Shown one piece after another: positions 37,586 to 46,998 of a stretch of 64,000 nucleotides of DNA (position 1 is its first letter; the number at the start of each line of letters is the position of its first letter). Location of the stretch: the IMG/VR virus record IMGVR_UViG_2786546475_000019, positions 974 to 64,973 of that record, one strand, 5' to 3'. This stretch comes from a virus. Position numbers and translations under genes: made by a program. Below the pieces are notes generated by a model. The model saw nothing but the letters and a program-made list of their open reading frames with translations. It was not told the origin of the DNA and did no database searches.

Positions 37586-38236
37586 TTAAACCATATTCAA
37601 AGTAATTGGAGGTTTGTCGCTTTTTAAAAGTTTAGCTAGCTTTTCTAACGCTCGCTTTTCAAGTTGACGAACTCTTTCTCGCGAGATATTAAGAGTTTCC
37701 CCAATAGTCTTAAGAGGAATCCCTTGGGCTCGTAGCCTCAAAACTAAAGCATCTCGACTATTTAACTCAAGAAAAGCTTTTTCTAGAGCAATAAGCTCCT
37801 CTTGCCATTCTATCAAATCCCTATCAAGACATTCTAAAGGTGTAACAGGGTTATTAAATAGCCCGTGTAAGGTTTGAAACATTGGAGCACGAGCTATAGC
37901 AGCTTTAGCTCTGTCAAGATGAGCTGGATTTGGAGATACTTTAATTAACTCCACCTTGGTTTTCATGTAAGTTATCATTCGTTGTTTCACCCACGGAGTG
38001 GCGTAAGTTGAAAACTGATAACCTTTACTAGGGTCAAATTTTTTGACCGCCTGACATAACCCACTCATTCCTTCTTGAATTAAATCGTCTAAATCAAGCT
38101 TAGAATTTTTCTTGGCAAAAGACACCGCTATCTTGATAACCAATCCTTGATTATCTAACACTAACCGATTGAGTGCTTCATCAGCTTCCTTTCTAGCAGA
38201 ATGATATTTTTGTAATAACTCGTCATTAGTATCCAC
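37586..38236 (-). CDS. Sigma-70 family RNA polymerase sigma factor (group 3/4-like, SigF/FliA-sized)
   Basis: Region 2: DLIQEGMSGLCQAVKKFDPSKGYQFSTYATPWVKQRM. Region 4: TIGETLNISRERVRQLEKRALEKL. Confidence 0.65.
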   Translation of the reverse strand: MDTNDELLQKYHSARKEADEALNRLVLDNQGLVIKIAVSFAKKNSKLDLDDLIQEGMSGLCQAVKKFDPSKGYQFSTYATPWVKQRMITYMKTKVELIKVSPNPAHLDRAKAAIARAPMFQTLHGLFNNPVTPLECLDRDLIEWQEELIALEKAFLELNSRDALVLRLRAQGIPLKTIGETLNISRERVRQLEKRALEKLAKLLKSDKPPITLNMV

Positions 38237-38239
38237 AGT

Positions 38240-38425
38240 TCACTCACAATCTAAAGGGAATTGTTCATGTATTTCCAAACTCACAACCAACTTCCCACAC
38301 TTAGGACAACGAACCGACTGTTTTCTTTTCTTGAGCCGATGCTCAAGCTCCTGTTTTGTTGACCGTTGTTCAGCGGGAAAAGTTGTTTTGACTACCACAG
38401 GCTCCGGGGTTTCATTTACGTCCAT
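38240..38425 (-). CDS. Small zinc-ribbon protein (CPKCGK)
   Basis: ORF of 61 aa. Confidence 0.3.
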   Translation of the reverse strand: MDVNETPEPVVVKTTFPAEQRSTKQELEHRLKKRKQSVRCPKCGKLVVSLEIHEQFPLDCE

Positions 38426-38805
38426 AAGTCAACCAAATGTTCAGGAACAGGTTGTAGCTCTCCGTTACGTTCAATCAAAACGCTTCCAGGGCAAACTGTG
38501 TAAACTCTATCACCATAGTCAAGTATAGCATGTTCACTAACGGAACAGTGACAAACCGGACAGAGCCACTCGCCATCAATGTTAGGGTGACGAAAATGTC
38601 TCAACGAGCTGTCGTCCTTCAACGTGTTAAAATGTTTCACGAACCCGCCAAGCTTGATCTCTGCTACGGCTTTCGGGTAATTGAGTTCGAGTAGCTCATC
38701 TTGTGTCAGTGTCACGACCTGACCACGTTTAAATGGTCCACGGTCCGCGAAGCGACCATTGAAATAATGAGCACCTGCCGCTGATAGTTTTACTTTGAAA
38801 TTCAT
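38416..38805 (-). CDS. Hypothetical protein (CPVCHC...C cluster)
   Basis: ORF of 129 aa. Confidence 0.35.
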   Translation of the reverse strand: MNFKVKLSAAGAHYFNGRFADRGPFKRGQVVTLTQDELLELNYPKAVAEIKLGGFVKHFNTLKDDSSLRHFRHPNIDGEWLCPVCHCSVSEHAILDYGDRVYTVCPGSVLIERNGELQPVPEHLVDLWT

Positions 38806-39149
38806 TTCAAAACCTCGTTACACCACTCTTCCAAATCATTCACCCAACGTCCAGCTAAGTTGAACACAAACCATAAATGATACCACTTATGGTCTTTACC
38901 TAACTGCGTTTCGAAAGCTTCCTTCCACCACTCACTTGGTATCTGAAAATTACCCCATCGAGGCGTTTCGTCTCTTGCCCAGCGTTCAAGAACTGTTTGC
39001 ACGGTCCGTGCTACTTGCTTCAAGGAGTCTTCTTCGAATCCTTTCACACTTGCGACAAGTAAATCACGAAGTGATAATCCGTTGTCTTTTGCAAGCTCCT
39101 GAATCTTTTTGCGAGCTACTTCAGACATTTCAATTTTTAATGTTGGCAT
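38802..39149 (-). CDS. Hypothetical protein
   Basis: ORF of 115 aa. Confidence 0.35.
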   Translation of the reverse strand: MPTLKIEMSEVARKKIQELAKDNGLSLRDLLVASVKGFEEDSLKQVARTVQTVLERWARDETPRWGNFQIPSEWWKEAFETQLGKDHKWYHLWFVFNLAGRWVNDLEEWCNEVLK

Positions 39150-39327
39150 TCATTTTCTCCGATACGAAAATATAGATTGTACGAAACGTTAGACTAACAG
39201 TCACAAACCAAAGCACAATGAACGTAGGAAATGAGTGCCAAGCTTTCATATCACAGTGATGTAAGAAATATGCCAACAAATACCCCGAAGCAATTGTTAA
39301 TAGGCTAAATAATATCACTTTTACCAT
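39130..39327 (-). CDS. Small membrane protein
   Basis: 65 aa, two hydrophobic stretches. Confidence 0.3.
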   Translation of the reverse strand: MVKVILFSLLTIASGYLLAYFLHHCDMKAWHSFPTFIVLWFVTVSLTFRTIYIFVSEKMNANIKN

Positions 39328-39682
39328 CCGGTTTCTCCGTATTTGATAACAATATTGCAGTCCGCGTAACGCCGCCTATGGTCCACGTATTAGGGAGTAG
39401 CTCAATAAGCTCCTCTGCAATCTCTTGCATCTCCTCTTTATCAATGCTATTTGAAGTTACAAGAATATCAACGCCATGGTCGTAGACCATGTTTCGCCCG
39501 CAGAATGAACAGTTTTCGGCCATATAAGCGTAGACTATTTGGAAAGGAGAAAGATCTTCAACAGTGATATAAACGTTGTAGGTGTCAATACTGATACTCA
39601 AAGATTGAGCATCTTCAATATCAGACAATGCTTCACGTAACTTGCCTGCCGTTAAAGTCTTATCTTCTAGTTTCATCTTCAT
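39305..39682 (-). CDS. Hypothetical protein
   Basis: ORF of 125 aa. Confidence 0.35.
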   Translation of the reverse strand: MKMKLEDKTLTAGKLREALSDIEDAQSLSISIDTYNVYITVEDLSPFQIVYAYMAENCSFCGRNMVYDHGVDILVTSNSIDKEEMQEIAEELIELLPNTWTIGGVTRTAILLSNTEKPDGKSDII

Positions 39683-40206
39683 AGGTCCCCGTCCTTTCGG
39701 TTGTTTGATTCTTCGACGGTAAAACCTTTCTTGTACCGTCCTTCAAGTTTGTTTCGATTCATTTGTAGCACTTCTTCAAGTGTTGAGCCAATTGTTTGAG
39801 CGGCTTCCCGTATGTAGCCTATTAAAAGGCCATGACACCGTTTCACAAGTTCTCGGTCAAAAGGCAGACCTTGATAAAAGACTTTCTTTTTATGTTCTGC
39901 CAATGTTTCGAGGGTTTCTAAAATGCTGTCCCCACTATCTACCCATATCTCGAACGGCTCAATATCAATTGACGCCGCAAGCAGCAAAACGTAGAACAAC
40001 ATATCGCCAAGCTCAAGTTTAATATGTCGAGCGTCGTCCGTGTTCCTCGTTTCAAAGAACTCAGCCACGATCCCATCAACAGCAGTCGCGAATCGCGGAA
40101 CGTCGACCTCTTTATGAAGGTTCCTTTGAGCTTCAAAATACTCGTGAAGATCGCTTGATTGAGGTGATAATTTTTCGTTAATAAAGTTAAGATGTTCTTT
40201 AAACAT
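39679..40206 (-). CDS. MazG-like nucleoside triphosphate pyrophosphohydrolase
   Basis: IKLELGDMLFYVLLLAASIDIEP matches the EExx(E/D) MazG helix. Confidence 0.55.
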   Translation of the reverse strand: MFKEHLNFINEKLSPQSSDLHEYFEAQRNLHKEVDVPRFATAVDGIVAEFFETRNTDDARHIKLELGDMLFYVLLLAASIDIEPFEIWVDSGDSILETLETLAEHKKKVFYQGLPFDRELVKRCHGLLIGYIREAAQTIGSTLEEVLQMNRNKLEGRYKKGFTVEESNNRKDGDL

Positions 40207-40216
40207 TGTTTCTCCT

Positions 40217-40426
40217 TTAGGCAGAACCTAAACCTTTCCCACAAATGGCACACTCAATAGTATCATACAACCAGCCCGGAATGATAATTACAAGCCGTTT
40301 CTTGTACTTAGGGCCGCAGCATTCCTTTCTTGATTTAATTTGTTTAACTTCCTTGTTGGTAGCCTCTCGAACTTTCGATGATAGGACGTGTCCTGCGAAA
40401 CGTTCCGTAACTATTTCGACTTTCAT
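40217..40426 (-). CDS. Small Zn-finger protein (CAICGKG)
   Basis: ORF of 69 aa. Confidence 0.3.
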   Translation of the reverse strand: MKVEIVTERFAGHVLSSKVREATNKEVKQIKSRKECCGPKYKKRLVIIIPGWLYDTIECAICGKGLGSA

Positions 40427-40710
40427 TCTTGCTCCCCGAGTGCGAAGCCAAGCTCTTGGTACCGGCTAACACGTTCTTCTGCGGATCCACCACTGAAAAC
40501 TACTCTATTTTCTGTCTTGAAAATACTGCCGGTCCAAGTAAGATTTTCAATCTTAACTGTTACTTCTTCGTCTAACTCAAGCAACAAACCTTCAAAAGGT
40601 TGAAACGGTAGCTCATACAGCAAACTTAAACTCCCATGATACTTACTCACATACCTTCCGTTAAGGTCCTTATTCTCTTGTAAGTGAACTTTAATTAGAA
40701 TATGATACAT
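40423..40710 (-). CDS. Hypothetical protein
   Basis: ORF of 95 aa. Confidence 0.3.
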   Translation of the reverse strand: MYHILIKVHLQENKDLNGRYVSKYHGSLSLLYELPFQPFEGLLLELDEEVTVKIENLTWTGSIFKTENRVVFSGGSAEERVSRYQELGFALGEQE

Positions 40711-41024
40711 TACTTCTGCTCCTCGAAATGCTTAGATGGAAAACGATGCCAGCCAAATAATAACCGCTCCATGTTCCGTGGTTCGTCGATCTCAGCAACC
40801 GGACGAGCACCACCGACCGTGGTGAACTGGACGTACATACACTTCTTACGCTTATACCCAATACACAGATGGCCTTTCAACCGTTTGATAGGTCCACGGT
40901 ACATGTAGTATTTGGTGCGACTGAGCCGCCGGAACCGTTTCGTTAACCTTTCCATGACTGTTCCCAAGCGTGCAACGCTTTGAGCAAGTTCCTCAGTTGA
41001 ACAACTTAAAAGGTTATTTATCAT
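40710..41024 (-). CDS. Hypothetical protein
   Basis: ORF of 104 aa. Confidence 0.3.
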   Translation of the reverse strand: MINNLLSCSTEELAQSVARLGTVMERLTKRFRRLSRTKYYMYRGPIKRLKGHLCIGYKRKKCMYVQFTTVGGARPVAEIDEPRNMERLLFGWHRFPSKHFEEQK

Positions 41025-41377
41025 TTGTTAAACTCCTCAATATATTTTATCAACTCAGGTGTCGGTTCTGCAACAATAATCGGTAACATTAGTCCGATCT
41101 CACTGATACTTCGAGCCAACGTTTCAACATAATCTTGAGGTGCGACCCGTATAGGGTTTGGTGTTAGCTCGATATCTTCAATTTTCAAAACTTTTTGAGT
41201 CCGATTATCCGGCCCACGAACCACGTAACATTTGATAGAGTCGTACCCTACCAACTTACACGCTTCCAATCTTGCGTTGCCGCCAAGGACCACGTACTTT
41301 TTCTTAAGTTTGAAGCCTGGAGTCGAAAGCACACAAGCCGCAGCTCCGAGGGCCGCCATAAATTCTCTACGTTCCAT
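41021..41377 (-). CDS. ParB/Srx-like N-terminal domain protein (short)
   Basis: VLGGNARLEACKLVGYDSIKCYVV resembles the ParB GxxRxxA box. Confidence 0.4.
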   Translation of the reverse strand: MERREFMAALGAAACVLSTPGFKLKKKYVVLGGNARLEACKLVGYDSIKCYVVRGPDNRTQKVLKIEDIELTPNPIRVAPQDYVETLARSISEIGLMLPIIVAEPTPELIKYIEEFNK

Positions 41378-41567
41378 TTTTCTTCCAAATAAATACTGTA
41401 TATTTGTCCGGGTCCGTCACGTACGAAGCGAACCCTTTCTCAATCGCCTCTTTCTCTCGCTTTTTCTTCCCAGCATACTCGCCGAAAGCGTAACAAATGA
41501 ATCCGACTGCGGAAACAAGGCAAACGGCTGACGCAATCAACGGTGGAATAATCCTAGGGTCTATCAT
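41367..41567 (-). CDS. Small membrane protein
   Basis: 66 aa, one TM. Confidence 0.3.
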   Translation of the reverse strand: MIDPRIIPPLIASAVCLVSAVGFICYAFGEYAGKKKREKEAIEKGFASYVTDPDKYTVFIWKKNGT

Positions 41568-42001
41568 TTGTTAACCTCACAAGTGAACCGGATACCGTTT
41601 GGAGCACAAAGATCTCGCAACTCAGCGAGGGTTGTATCCTCCCTAATAGATAATCCATTCCCACCCGCATCGTGAACCGCCTTCGTGAGCGAGTCCATGA
41701 ACTCTCGCTCGGGGTCCGGCTTGACTCGGAGGATGTAGAAATCCTCTGGTGAAAAAGGAGCACGCGAAATCATATCGCTCCAGTTTCGCCAACCATGTGG
41801 TTTGATTTTGACTTCAAGATTACCTTGAAGGTACGCTGCCCACAACTCTTTTTGTTCAGGCGGTATCACTCGGTAACGATTTGCTGACCAATCAGGGGGA
41901 CAAACGAGGGTCCAATCTTGCCCATCGAGTGATGACCATACCTTAACATCTTGATGGTCGGCCCACATCTTTATGTAGTCAGCGTGTCTGTGTCTAGCCA
42001 T
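41564..42001 (-). CDS. Hypothetical protein, paralog of 45794..46369 (shared N-terminal M.KH.HAD.I..WA ... PE.KE.W..YL.G.LE)
   Basis: Similarity between the two translated ORFs judged by eye. Confidence 0.4.
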   Translation of the reverse strand: MARHRHADYIKMWADHQDVKVWSSLDGQDWTLVCPPDWSANRYRVIPPEQKELWAAYLQGNLEVKIKPHGWRNWSDMISRAPFSPEDFYILRVKPDPEREFMDSLTKAVHDAGGNGLSIREDTTLAELRDLCAPNGIRFTCEVNK

Positions 42002-42082
42002 TTTTCCAATTCTCCCACTCTTGATAACATTTGGTCATGAACGGTTGGAACTGTTCCAACGCTCTTTGTTCTTCAATGGATA

Positions 42083-42991
42083 TCATAACATCAACTCCCG
42101 CTCGAAACCAGCTGCATTTTCGTGCCCGCCACCATTGTAGAACTCGGCCACGGTTCTTGCTTTAATGTAACACTCTGCCGTAGACCGGATGCTGTACCGG
42201 TATTTCTTGGCAACGCCATCGTAGAACCAAGACATTGCTGGTTTACCAGTAAGGTTGCAAATCTCATGAAGCAAGTCACTGATAATATCTCCGTGAGTGT
42301 TGTTAAGACACGGAAGGAATCCAAATGGAGTCACGACTCCTGTGAGAATAGCCCCGTCCTCACCTACTGTTCTTTTTAGAATCCCTTTGATTTTATGGGC
42401 CAAATACTCATTGATAACTTTACCTTTATCGATAAGCTCAGAAATATCAAGCTCGGCCCATACTCCAAAATTCCAGTCCGTGGCCCGAAGGGCACGGTCC
42501 ACGTTAATGGTTGCGGGGTATTTCCAATTCCAAAGATCACGATCTTCGGTATATTGAACGAGAGCTTCAACATTCCCGCTCCCCATGGAACAGTTCATAA
42601 ACTCCCAAGTAAGTCTAGCCCCGGACTTCTCCATATTCAACTTGATAAACAACTTATGTTTCTGGATGATAGTTTCTTGCCCACTCTCTTGGATATCGTA
42701 ACCTGTCGCTTCTTTAGCTTGAGTTATCAATTTCTCAACCGCAGATTTATGGTGATCTAAGACCACAACCTGATCAAAATTCCGAGCGTATTGTTCCAGC
42801 ACTTCCAAGTCATAGCTGAAATCAACAATATACAGCTGGTTGCCTTGTGCTTCTGGAGCAGGTTGCCCGTAATGCACTGGAAGGTATTCAGTGAAATCTT
42901 CCCCATGTTTCATCCAAAGAACATAGGCTGAGCAGAATCCATCCAAACAACTGGCATGGTAAATGATAGTTACGTCTTGAGTGTTAGGCAT
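42083..42991 (-). CDS. DHH-DHHA1 family phosphoesterase (NrnA/RecJ-like)
   Basis: VVVLDHHKS (DHH motif), C-terminal GGGHENAAG (DHHA1). Confidence 0.65.
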   Translation of the reverse strand: MPNTQDVTIIYHASCLDGFCSAYVLWMKHGEDFTEYLPVHYGQPAPEAQGNQLYIVDFSYDLEVLEQYARNFDQVVVLDHHKSAVEKLITQAKEATGYDIQESGQETIIQKHKLFIKLNMEKSGARLTWEFMNCSMGSGNVEALVQYTEDRDLWNWKYPATINVDRALRATDWNFGVWAELDISELIDKGKVINEYLAHKIKGILKRTVGEDGAILTGVVTPFGFLPCLNNTHGDIISDLLHEICNLTGKPAMSWFYDGVAKKYRYSIRSTAECYIKARTVAEFYNGGGHENAAGFERELML

Positions 42992-43442
42992 TTGTTACTA
43001 CTTTCACGTTAGGTTTAAGAATATTTCTCCAAGCTTCGGGAACACGTCCCGCGTGCCAAACATTGTTACAAATGTAACAAATATCATCTCCTTCGAAACG
43101 AAGGACTCGGCCTCCGAAACCAAGAAAGTGGTCCGTGCCCCACTCCATTGGTACATAGTAAGCGTGATAATTTTGATCGACTATCACTTGGGCCATTCGG
43201 TCGTACCAAAAGTTACAACTGAAACAGAGCTTACGGGTCCTCATATCATCTTTGCAACTGTACGTCAAAGAGATGCACTTGCCGCACTTACAACAAGGCT
43301 CTTCTAAGATATTTTGGTTCCCCCGAAGCTTTTCCTCAGTATCAAAGCCGCCAACTCGTGAACTTTGGAAAGAGGGCGGCTCAATGGATTCAACAATTTT
43401 ACCGTCGACTAGCCAGAATGTAGCCACTTTAAGAGAGTTCAT
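42984..43442 (-). CDS. Cys-rich hypothetical protein
   Basis: ORF of 152 aa with CCKCGKC...CFSC. Confidence 0.35.
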   Translation of the reverse strand: MNSLKVATFWLVDGKIVESIEPPSFQSSRVGGFDTEEKLRGNQNILEEPCCKCGKCISLTYSCKDDMRTRKLCFSCNFWYDRMAQVIVDQNYHAYYVPMEWGTDHFLGFGGRVLRFEGDDICYICNNVWHAGRVPEAWRNILKPNVKVVTNA

Positions 43443-43693
43443 CGCTTTTTCTTTCTTTTTGGAGGTTTAGTAGCTTTCTTTGCTTCCGTTACTAAAACGA
43501 AAGCATAAATTTGCACCACTTCATCTGGAGTATGGGGACCTGTAGTGCTTTTATCAGGGTGACGTAACCTGTAATCTGGAAGCAGTTTGTACTTCCGCTT
43601 ACGCAACCCTTTCAAAGCTTTGTGCAACGGTGAATTTTTGATAGTTCCGGTTACTTTTCCAGGGTCTCCGACGTAGTTTACTTTAACTTTCAT
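43439..43693 (-). CDS. Small basic protein (C-terminal KKATKPPKRKKKR)
   Basis: ORF of 84 aa. Confidence 0.3.
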   Translation of the reverse strand: MKVKVNYVGDPGKVTGTIKNSPLHKALKGLRKRKYKLLPDYRLRHPDKSTTGPHTPDEVVQIYAFVLVTEAKKATKPPKRKKKR

Positions 43694-43911
43694 CGTATTT
43701 CAATCTCTCCCATCATAAGAAGTTCTTCTAGCCCAAACACTTCATCTTCCCCACAACTGGTACAGTGATAGTTTCGAGCGTCTGGCTCACAATAATCATC
43801 CGCAGGCTCCTCGCACTTGCGACAGAAACCGTGTCCGCCTTCCATAGACATCTCAGTGTATTCAGTTTCAGTTAATTCAATCATAGCTTTCCTTTCAAAT
43901 GAAGTAGCCAT
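43690..43911 (-). CDS. Small Zn-ribbon protein (CRKCEEP...CTSCGED)
   Basis: ORF of 73 aa. Confidence 0.3.
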   Translation of the reverse strand: MATSFERKAMIELTETEYTEMSMEGGHGFCRKCEEPADDYCEPDARNYHCTSCGEDEVFGLEELLMMGEIEIR

Positions 43912-44387
43912 TCCGGCTCAGTAGTTCCAACGTATCCCATACCTTTGCCAAGAATCTTGTCTTGATAATAATACCATCGGTATGAGAAGATACAGTCTTC
44001 GAAATCTCCGGCCAAGCCTTTATAATATCCAGGCATAGCCAAGTTTGGAGGAGTAAGAGGGCCACGTCGTATGTAACACGGAGATTGATAAAGATACCCA
44101 ACCCGGTTCCATACTTCATGTAAAGCTAACCCTCTCTTATCCCGCTCCTTCAACAACGCTATCATATGCTTCAAAGTCCATTGATAATTTGAATCAGTGG
44201 AACGAACCCATTGAGTTGACGGGTGATTTGCGAAGCATGGTTTACACATTCCTTGACGCCAAAGTCCAACTTCGTCATGTGCCGTTGATAACATTTGGGC
44301 ACACTCAATCGGCATTTTTGTTAAATGGTCCGTGGCCATGTAGCTAGCTGCAAGGACCGGGTCCATATCAAGGAAGAAAACATTCAC
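43881..44387 (-). CDS. Conserved phage protein of unknown function (N-terminal FFLDMDPVLAASYMATDHLTKMPIECAQMLSTAH)
   Basis: ORF of 168 aa. The N-terminal motif looks familiar from phage/viral proteins but I cannot assign a family. Confidence 0.35.
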   Translation of the reverse strand: MNVFFLDMDPVLAASYMATDHLTKMPIECAQMLSTAHDEVGLWRQGMCKPCFANHPSTQWVRSTDSNYQWTLKHMIALLKERDKRGLALHEVWNRVGYLYQSPCYIRRGPLTPPNLAMPGYYKGLAGDFEDCIFSYRWYYYQDKILGKGMGYVGTTEPEWLLHLKGKL

Positions 44388-44770
44388 GCCCCAAGTCCAA
44401 GCGATTTGATGGAAGCCCTTTTGAGTGCTGTCAAGGTAACAACACGTCCAAGTAGCTTGGAAAGTGTTTCTTCGAAGTTATCAAGTTGCTCCGATAATTT
44501 GTATTCGAAGCCGTTCAAAAGTATCACTTCTTCCAAGTTCTCAGAAACCCAAGAATTTAAGTCTTGGTCTTTCACAAGATACTTACCGTCTTGAATCGTT
44601 AACTTGCCATTGATAGTTGGGCCTTTCAATTCGTCTCGCCAAATTTTCACGTTTTCAGGAGCGGTTATGTTAATTGAAGCAGCTCCTGATCCTGCATCAA
44701 AGATTGTTACCCGAACGTCGTTCCCAATTGTAAATGATTGCGACGCCCAGCGTTTAAGAGTTAACGCCAT
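44384..44770 (-). CDS. Hypothetical protein
   Basis: ORF of 128 aa. Confidence 0.35.
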   Translation of the reverse strand: MALTLKRWASQSFTIGNDVRVTIFDAGSGAASINITAPENVKIWRDELKGPTINGKLTIQDGKYLVKDQDLNSWVSENLEEVILLNGFEYKLSEQLDNFEETLSKLLGRVVTLTALKRASIKSLGLGA

Positions 44771-44790
44771 GATAAGCTCCTAGTATTTCC

Positions 44791-45816
44791 TTAAAGTGTG
44801 ACTGTGAATGTTTCCGAAGCCCGTGTGACTGCCGTATATCGCCAACGGACCGGGCTCCAAAGGTCGCATTGTTCATCTACAATATGAACGTGCTCCCACT
44901 CAGAACCTTGTGATTTGTGTGTTGTAATAGCGTAAGCGTGATCAATTGCAAGCAGCCCTTTTGGAAAGGCATCATACAAATCACGCTGGTTCATGGACCG
45001 TCCAATCGAATCCAAGCCTACGTCGCTAATTGTATCATCTTCAAAAGTGACGTTAGCTACCATATCGTCATGCCATTTGTTCACTTTTCGAATGACCTTA
45101 ACCATTCCGTTGTAGAATGGTGGGTCATTTTTCAAAATGATAATTGGCCGCCCTGGAATCAAAGGGTTTGAAGGGTTGTCGTGGAGTTCCCGATTCAAAG
45201 AGTGACGAGTTTTATTAAACCCGCACAAAATGATCTTATCACCGGGCGTGGACCTGTACCATGATACAGGGTCCGTGTCCGCTACGAAACGATCTGAATA
45301 TTTGCCCGACGCTCGAACATACATGGACTCCTGAATGATAGGGTTGTCTGCTGCTTGCCGATGAATCGTGGACAACTCTACATCAAGGTCAAGCATCAAA
45401 TTTGGATTCTTACCGACTGGCTCCAACTGTCCATGATCTCCGGTGAGTATCACTTTCATGTTGTAACTCAGAAGGTCTTCCCAAAGCCGTTGATTCACGG
45501 TGCTTGCTTCGTCAATGTAGAAGTAAGTCCCAAGAATATCTTTCTTTGGCTTCTTGAAGAATCTCATACTCTTTCTATCAAATCGATAGATTGTGCTATG
45601 AATTGTTTGAGCTTTCTTTACTCCTTTCTTACGCAACTGCTCAACGGCCTTACCCATAAAAGCACAAGGGACTCCTCCGGGTTTACGTCGCAATATCTCT
45701 TGGGCAATCGTAGTCTTCCCAGTACCGGCGTACCCGCCAATACGGAAGACTTGCTGACTGGAACTAAGAGCTGTGTTGATTACAGACTCTTGTTCAGGCG
45801 TTAGAATTATCATCAT
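44791..45816 (-). CDS. SF1B helicase, Dda/RecD-like
   Basis: Walker A GYAGTGKTT, Walker B YFYIDEAS, ILTGDHGQLEPV, AITTHKSQGSEW. Confidence 0.65.
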   Translation of the reverse strand: MMIILTPEQESVINTALSSSQQVFRIGGYAGTGKTTIAQEILRRKPGGVPCAFMGKAVEQLRKKGVKKAQTIHSTIYRFDRKSMRFFKKPKKDILGTYFYIDEASTVNQRLWEDLLSYNMKVILTGDHGQLEPVGKNPNLMLDLDVELSTIHRQAADNPIIQESMYVRASGKYSDRFVADTDPVSWYRSTPGDKIILCGFNKTRHSLNRELHDNPSNPLIPGRPIIILKNDPPFYNGMVKVIRKVNKWHDDMVANVTFEDDTISDVGLDSIGRSMNQRDLYDAFPKGLLAIDHAYAITTHKSQGSEWEHVHIVDEQCDLWSPVRWRYTAVTRASETFTVTL

Positions 45817-46369
45817 TGAACCTTTCTAGAAACTCAGGGGCACAGACCGTGGGTCGTGTGTCTTCGAAATCCGTAACACTCAGTGGGAGGCCGAAACCAA
45901 TTGCCCCGTCGAAAGGGTAGTATGCTGCAATGTAACTTTTAAGATAGCCGAACGTCTGTATCGGCTCCGACTTTCCCGCGTATCGATACCCATGTTTCAC
46001 GAAGCAATTGATAACATCAATGGCTTCTTGCGACGTGTTGCACTCGACTTGGAATCCTGACAACCAAACGTTCGCCTTACGTGCACGTCGGAAGTGTTCA
46101 GGTTTAGTCACTGAAAAGATCGGCGGCTCTTTGTCCGTCCACGGCCTCCACTGGTTGTCCAAGATTGAATAATACTCAAGCTCGCCGTCGAGGTACACCG
46201 ACCACGCCTCTTTATACTCAGGTAAGATGGTGCGGTATTCTTGGTCGAGAGCCCAGTTCGGGTTAACAGGAATAAAAGCCCAAGGGCTAGTAGACGTCCT
46301 AGTCCAAACTTCTGCTTCTTGGTTCAGGGCCCATTTGATAATTTCGTCTGCATGTTTGTGTTTCATCAC
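45794..46369 (-). CDS. Hypothetical protein, paralog of 41564..42001
   Basis: Shared N-terminal domain. Confidence 0.4.
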   Translation of the reverse strand: MMKHKHADEIIKWALNQEAEVWTRTSTSPWAFIPVNPNWALDQEYRTILPEYKEAWSVYLDGELEYYSILDNQWRPWTDKEPPIFSVTKPEHFRRARKANVWLSGFQVECNTSQEAIDVINCFVKHGYRYAGKSEPIQTFGYLKSYIAAYYPFDGAIGFGLPLSVTDFEDTRPTVCAPEFLERFNDDNSNA

Positions 46370-46998
46370 TCAACTCCTCCAAATAAATTGTCTTGACACG
46401 TTTGACACAAGCCACTGATTTGATATTCGCGGATACTGGCTTCGTCTTCGAAATTGTCAGCAATGTTCCCACACCCAATGGGGCTTGGCACACATTGAGC
46501 TTGTTTGATACAACGCCTACGGTCCTTGCCCAACTGTTTAGTTAAAGCTGCTTCAATTGCTTCGTCTTTAACGGTAGGCGTATACCGTTTGATAAACTTT
46601 TCGACTTTCTCCAAGTTATCACGCCATTCAAAATTTCCTAAATACCAAAACGTATTTTTAGGGCAATCTTCTGTCCCGTAAAATGCCCACAATCCTTCTA
46701 GTCGCCCGGAACGACATTGATCAATAGCGTTTTCAAAAGCGTTCAAATCATCAAAGTCAAAGTCCAAGAACTTAGCCCTTGACTCACAGTCCCAAATTAC
46801 GGAAGTGGTTAACCGCTTCTCCGCTATTTTTTGGATAGTACAGGTCGCGGCACAGCCTATACAAATGCCTTCTCGTTGAGCACCCCAAGACCCCATATAC
46901 ACTTCAAAGTCCGGGGCTTTATCAAATTCTTTTAGCGAGTCAACCATGACTTGCAACGCGTCGATTGGAGTGGGGACTATTTCTTTGATACTTTTCAT
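46366..46998 (-). CDS. Cys-rich hypothetical protein
   Basis: ORF of 210 aa. Confidence 0.35.
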   Translation of the reverse strand: MKSIKEIVPTPIDALQVMVDSLKEFDKAPDFEVYMGSWGAQREGICIGCAATCTIQKIAEKRLTTSVIWDCESRAKFLDFDFDDLNAFENAIDQCRSGRLEGLWAFYGTEDCPKNTFWYLGNFEWRDNLEKVEKFIKRYTPTVKDEAIEAALTKQLGKDRRRCIKQAQCVPSPIGCGNIADNFEDEASIREYQISGLCQTCQDNLFGGVE

